From Diplonema japonicum (lineage: Eukaryota; Protista; Euglenozoa: Diplonemea), in contig OZ025697.1 in assembly GCA_964019335.1 (NCBI GenBank), positions 248,001 through 312,000 on the forward strand: 64,000 bases of DNA, written 5' to 3'. The notes under the pieces are model-generated. The model did no database searches and was not told the DNA's origin. It worked only from the letters and a program-made list of their open reading frames with translations. Shown here in pieces: positions 58,974 to 64,000 of this stretch. Position numbers and translations under genes: made by a program. Each line of letters opens with the position of its first letter. Position 1 is the stretch's first letter.

Positions 58974-59312
58974 TTTTTTTTTTTTTTTGCCCCTCAACTG
59001 GTTTTTTTTTTTTTTTGCCATGAGTTTTTTTTTTGGGGGGGGATATATGTATACATTTTGAACTTTTTTTTCTCCTTTTTCTTTTTTTTTTTTCTTTTCC
59101 CCGTGGAGGATAAAAATATAGGAAGGGGGGGACGGGGGCAGGAAAGAGAAAAGTGGGTAAAGGTGGAAAGAGAAGGGGACAGTGGATGGAAGAAAAAAAA
59201 ATTGAACCTTGTACGGGATACGAAGGGATGCCTTCTTTTTTTTTTTTTTTTTTTTTTTGTATGTGCGTGTGAAGAAAAGGGAGAAAGGGTGGGGCTGTGG
59301 TGGGAGTAAAAA

Positions 59313-59346
<34 letters not shown>

Positions 59347-59886
59347 GTTCTGGGTTTTCATGGCGCGGGGGAAAGGGGCGAAAAAAAAAAAAAACAAAAA
59401 AAGTAAAAAGAGGATCTTTTTGTTGGGAAAGAAGATAGAAAACAAAAGAGAAAAAAAAAAAAACACTTTTTTTTTTTTAACCTGATGCACCGCGGCCAAG
59501 AACCCCTTCTCAATGCAAAGAAAAGCTCGAGATTCTAGTACTATTGATTTCAGAACGAGTTTGCTGGAACAAAAGGGAATCTGCGACAGGTTTCAAAAAC
59601 ATCCATCACCCCACACTTTCCACTAGAGACCTTCTTTTATTTTAAAAATCCTCCCTTTTTTCAAAGGTCCTGAATAACTCCAAAATCTGGTTTTTAAAAA
59701 ACGAAAGTTTTTTTTTTTCTTGGATTCCTTTGAAGACTTAGAAGATTTTTTCAAAATACACTTTAATGAGCCTTTGGGTGTGCTACGGGTTCAAAAAAAA
59801 AAAAAAAAAAAAAAGAAGGAAAAAAACCCCACTCACCACCGCACACTCCCGTTTTTTTTTTTTTTTTTTTTTTTCTCCTTCCTTTC

Positions 59887-60001
59887 TCAGCACCAATCAT
59901 TAAGGTCGTCACCATCCCCTTCGACAACAGGGTCCGCAAGGCCACCGTCGGCAGCGGGCTGGGCAGACTTTTTGGGGCCATCGCCGGTCATGGTTTTCGC
60001 A

Positions 60002-60054
<53 letters not shown>

Positions 60055-60939
60055 CTCTCTCTCCCCTGATGAATACCTTTTTTGTCAGCCTCGCGATATC
60101 AGGGTGCAGGAAGGTAAAAATCTGTCTACCGAGCACTTCTGAAAGCATCTCGGAGTCATTGCTCTGCACTGCTGAGACAAGGTCCCGGCACGTGTGGAAC
60201 TCCTCACCCGTCACTTCAAACAAATCAGAGGTATCTTTAAAATCCCGCTCTGCCATCACAGCGTCCTGCCTGGCAATGTGCAGCACCACCACCTCTACAC
60301 AACCCTTATCGATGTTATGCTGTTGCTTCAGCTCTTTGAAGTGTTTCATATTAGTTTTGATGGCCTTCACCGCCTCAAGGTAGTTCCCTGCTTTGACGTG
60401 GATTGCAACAAGTAGCCTGCCTGGTTCGGGCATGAGGTGGTACTGCTCTTCTTCGGCGAGGGTTGCCATAGCTTCTTCAACAAGTTTCGCTGCTTCGATC
60501 GGCTGGGTTTCTCGCAAAATACGAGAAGCCCTCACTAGAGCCTCAGAATATTTGTCAGGTTTCCCGTCAGCAAGATAGCATTTTCCCGCCATTTGCGTAT
60601 ACCTCGCCATGTCGTTCATGTTTTTGTTTTCCTGTGTTTTGTTGTTTGTGGGTAAAAAATCTTGTGTACCTTATGTATTGTTGCGATGGCATCGTAGGCT
60701 CTTCCTTTGCAAAAGTCGTTTGCCGCCTTTCCGTGGTTTTCTGCGGCGTTCTCCCAGGCGTCGAAGGCCTCGGTCCACTTTTTTAGGTGTTGATATATTT
60801 TCGCCGCCGCCTCGTACTCCAGGGCCGCCACATCGTAGTCCGACTGGCTCACCGACCATTTCGTGAAGCTTTTCTTCAGTTTTTTTTGTGCGGATTTGAT
60901 GTGCTTCGCCGCCTCCTCCAACCGTATCGCCGCTGACAT
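59887..60939 (-). CDS. NAPG: Gamma-SNAP (soluble NSF attachment protein gamma), 313 aa, 3 exons
   Basis: KKLKKSFTKW..DYDVAALEYEAAA and acidic tail DDLNDWC*. Introns 60632-60669 and 60004-60076. Confidence 0.88.
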
Positions 60940-61119
60940 TTTCGACCCCTCTATTTTCCTTTTTTTTTTTTTTTTTATTCCCCCCCTTTTTTTTTCCTCC
61001 AAAAAAAAAAAAAAAAAGAAAAAAAAAAGAAGAAACTACAAAAAAAAAAAAGAATTATATTACAACACGAGCATAGTTGGGGTGTTATACTATTTAAAGT
61101 ACTCGTATGAATCGCTCGA

Positions 61120-61149
<30 letters not shown>

Positions 61150-61151
<2 letters not shown>

Positions 61152-62127
61152 AAAAGACACGGGCGGGTGAAGGCGATCCGGGGGGTCTATTATGTGTCTT
61201 AACAAAGTCGGTCCGCTGCCGCTCAAGGATGTGCTCTTGGGTGTCGAGGTTTCGGTGCATTTGGGACAACCGGGCCTGCCTCTCGATCAATATCTTCTCC
61301 TGCTCGTGTTCCACGTATGTGCGCGACTGCGATGCTGCTCGCTGATTGGCCACATAGTCCTCAAGAACAGTAATCTCCTGCTGAGCACGCTGGAGAGCTT
61401 GACGTGCTTGATCTTCCTTAGTCCGGTGGTAGTCAAGGAGCTCAGCTACTTCGTTCGACTCCTTACGGCTCTGCATGTCGTTCCAGTAGGATCTGGTTCT
61501 GTAGTACAGAGAGCCCATGAGCTTTGGATGCTCCTCGTAAAAAGGTACGAACTCCTCCCACGAGATGACCCCGTCCTTGTCGTGATCCGCACCATGGAAC
61601 AGATCGTAGATTACAGCAGAACCAAGCCCCATGTCGTTCATGTTGAAGACGCGCAAGAAATCGTCGTGAGTGATAAAGCTCTTCCTGGCAGCGTCGAACT
61701 CTTCAAAGATAGTTTTTGCCTTGGCGTCTTCGCCTTTCGACGTCACCCATTTCGGGATAGAAGGCAGGCCTGAAGAGCTCCATGCTGTAGGGTCCTTGGG
61801 AAGCCTGCTAGAAAGCTTCACTGCACTCGGAACAGAACTCATATCGGGTGCGCCGTGATCCGCTTCTACATAAAGCTGTGCCCATTCGTAAAGTTGTGTG
61901 GGGCTCACAAAGTGTACCCACCTGCCTTTCACCTCGTCGTAGATATTCAGCTTTCTCACTATAAATGGTTCTACTCTGTGCCCTGTCGCTCTCGACATCT
62001 TCCGTTCCACCGTGAAGGCGTCGCCTATCTTTTTATGCAGCTCGTCCATTGCTGGTAACATTGTGAAGGCCAGCTCTATGTTCTTCTTTGTGCCGTGTAC
62101 ATCGGCTGCTACTAGGAGCACGTACAT
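61150..62127 (-). CDS. BILBO1-family protein (NTD + 2 EF-hands + coiled coil)
   Basis: LVAADVHGTKKNIELAF..IYDEVKGRWV..QLYEWAQLYV resembles the trypanosome BILBO1 N-terminal domain. EF-hand ADHDKDGVISWEEF. Confidence 0.85.
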
Positions 62128-62135
62128 TTGAAACA

Positions 62136-62181
62136 CTGTTGAAGTGGTGGTGCGGTGTGTGACAAAAAAAGAGGGGATAAA
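62136..62181 (-). promoter_or_regulatory. Putative SL trans-splice acceptor for the BILBO1-like gene
   Basis: TTTATCCCCTCTTTTTTTGTC..CTTCAACAG 8 nt before the ATG, in an 80-bp intergenic gap. Confidence 0.5.
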
Positions 62182-62207
62182 TTCTAACTGAGAAACCCCC
62201 CTAAAAT

Positions 62208-64000
62208 CTAGATGTAATATTTTCTACCTGTTGCTGTTCGGAAATGTGTGCTTCCCTGTTTTTTTTTTTTTTTTTTTTTTTCTTTTCAATCCATTACCTG
62301 CATTGTTCTTGCCTGTGCTTTTCGGACAATGCGAAGCCTCTCCCGAACCGCCTTCATGAAGGCGAAGAAGTCCCATTTTCGTTCCCCCCATTTTCCCGAG
62401 ACTGCCTCTTCTTGCATACAAGCTATCGAATCAAGAGCCGCACTGTATTTGTTTTTTTTTTGCCCCCCCTCTTTTCTTTTTGCCGCCGTTATTGATGCAT
62501 ACCCATGCCACACCACGAAGTTCGGTGCGTCCAAAGGGGCCAGCGCCCTGTATTCATCGAGGGTAAGGATTTTACCCTTATCCCTTCGTTTTGTCATATG
62601 TTTGTACATTGCTTGTGGGTCCTTTAGATGGGCGAACAGCAGAGCAGGATGCGTGGCGTACGGGCATCCCCCGAGCACAGTGGGTTCTGAACATGTTCCT
62701 TCACTTTCAAAGTTACTAGCGTTCTTGGTGAACACGTTTTGCGTGAGGATGCTCGCTCGTTTCAAGAGATCCCATTTCAACCCCACTGCCTCCTGTTCAT
62801 TGGTAGCCCTCGACACAGGGGGCGACAGGGATCTTGCATGTACTTCCGATCCTCCAAACCGCGAATTCGTTTGCATGTAACTACTCTCCGTTACTTTCGA
62901 CCGCCCAGACACAGATGACCTCCTGCTGGGTACAAGCCCCTCGGACGCTGCCAGGTTCGCCTTGATATGCCCTCGCAGACTCGTTTTCATGGACAAAGGT
63001 CTCTGCGGGAAGGTTGTCATGAACGATGAACTAACCGGCAGGCTCCCTATTTCGTCCTCCGGGAAGGCAGGGACAGGTGTCGACTTCGAACGCTTCTTGA
63101 AGTGCGGGATGTCTGGCTTCCTCTCCGTTCTTTCCATCACCGGCTTCCTGATGTGCTGCACCTTTTGCTTCTCGGGAACTGGTTTGCTCGGTTTCGGAGG
63201 AGCGCTTCGTGTCCGCACACGTTGGCTAACTTGTTGTGGCTCCCTGTGTACTTGTTTCGGTTCCCGTTCAACTTGTTTCTCTCGTGACACATTTACCTTT
63301 CGCTCCTCTGACTTTCCCCCGTCAAGTCGTGTTGAGGAGTTCCATCCCTGTGAGGCAGGCGACGTGCTGGAGGATCTTGCAGGGGACACACTGTGTGCGC
63401 TCAGTTTGCTCACGTCACCACTTCTCAGCTGCGGTGAGGTGCTGCGGCGTGCAATCCTTGTCGAACCCGTTTCTTCACCACCTGTCTCACTTTTCCTCCC
63501 ACCCACCCTGCGTGGAAGCGTTGTGCCACGGTCCCGCGCCCTCTCGGGCCACACATTCAACGGGCTGTATGACGGCTTCCTCCTCTCCTTCTCCCTCTCC
63601 TTTTCCTTCTCCTTCTCTCTTGCTTTCTCCCTTTCTCTTGCCTTCTCCTTCTCTCTTGCCTTCTCCCTCTCTCTCGCCTTCTCCTTCTCCCTCTCCTTCT
63701 CTCTCTCTCTTTCTTTTTCTTTTTCCTTCGCTTTCTTCTGACTAATCGAATTACCGCGTGCACCATCCCTGGTACTGTATATCGGCGACACGCTAGGCTC
63801 CCTTACAAAAGCGCGGCTGCCTTTCAGAGTTGCTTGCGACGATGTGCTGTGTTTCCTCTCGGCAGGGTTCGCTCTGTTGGGGGAGATTGACGTGCCGGTA
63901 CTTCGAGTGAGCCGCTCCGGCGATGGCTTGGACTCTTTCGTGGGCGAGGTGAAGTGCCGTCTTGGGGGCGAACTGCGGGCAGGCTCCGCACGCGCTGGGA
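62208..64000 (-). CDS. Hypothetical Arg/Ser/Lys/Glu-rich protein, 5' end outside window
   Basis: The frame stays open upstream of 63791 toward the window edge. EKAR/EKER repeat at ~63580-63737. Introns 62443-62502 and 62256-62297. Confidence 0.8.

Noticed and set aside
1-64000. CRISPR array or rRNA
   Set aside because: No regularly spaced repeat-spacer pattern or rRNA motifs seen.

Overview
This is eukaryotic nuclear DNA, most likely a free-living euglenozoan such as a diplonemid. That is an inference from a BILBO1-type gene, all ~27 host protein genes lying on one strand with gaps as short as ~80 bp, pyrimidine-tract/AG sites that look like spliced-leader acceptors, frequent cis-introns and ilvD. 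Host genes include a DUSP, FRA10AC1, a multi-TM lipase-fold protein, adenylate kinase, a GT15 mannosyltransferase, an alpha/beta hydrolase, an ER FKBP, a MOSC/mARC protein, a GBF1-type ArfGEF, duplicated PAM2 proteins, an LSD1-like protein, DHAD, an NDUFA9-like protein, gamma-SNAP and BILBO1-like, plus tRNA-Thr(TGT). I reconstructed about 30 short GT-AG introns (35-84 nt) by hand. Most are filled with poly(A) and have no polypyrimidine tract, which explains many of the fragmented or poly-Lys ORFs in the track. The only + strand coding sequences I recognise are in mobile elements. One is a pogo-like DD35D transposon. The other is a decayed tyrosine-recombinase (Crypton-like) element, which shares a distinctive end architecture with two non-autonomous elements (4160-4696 and 36319-36819): asymmetric inverted repeats, a terminal hairpin and an AATAGCTATT end. 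All family assignments come from motif recognition by eye; no searches were run, and homopolymer lengths may be unreliable.
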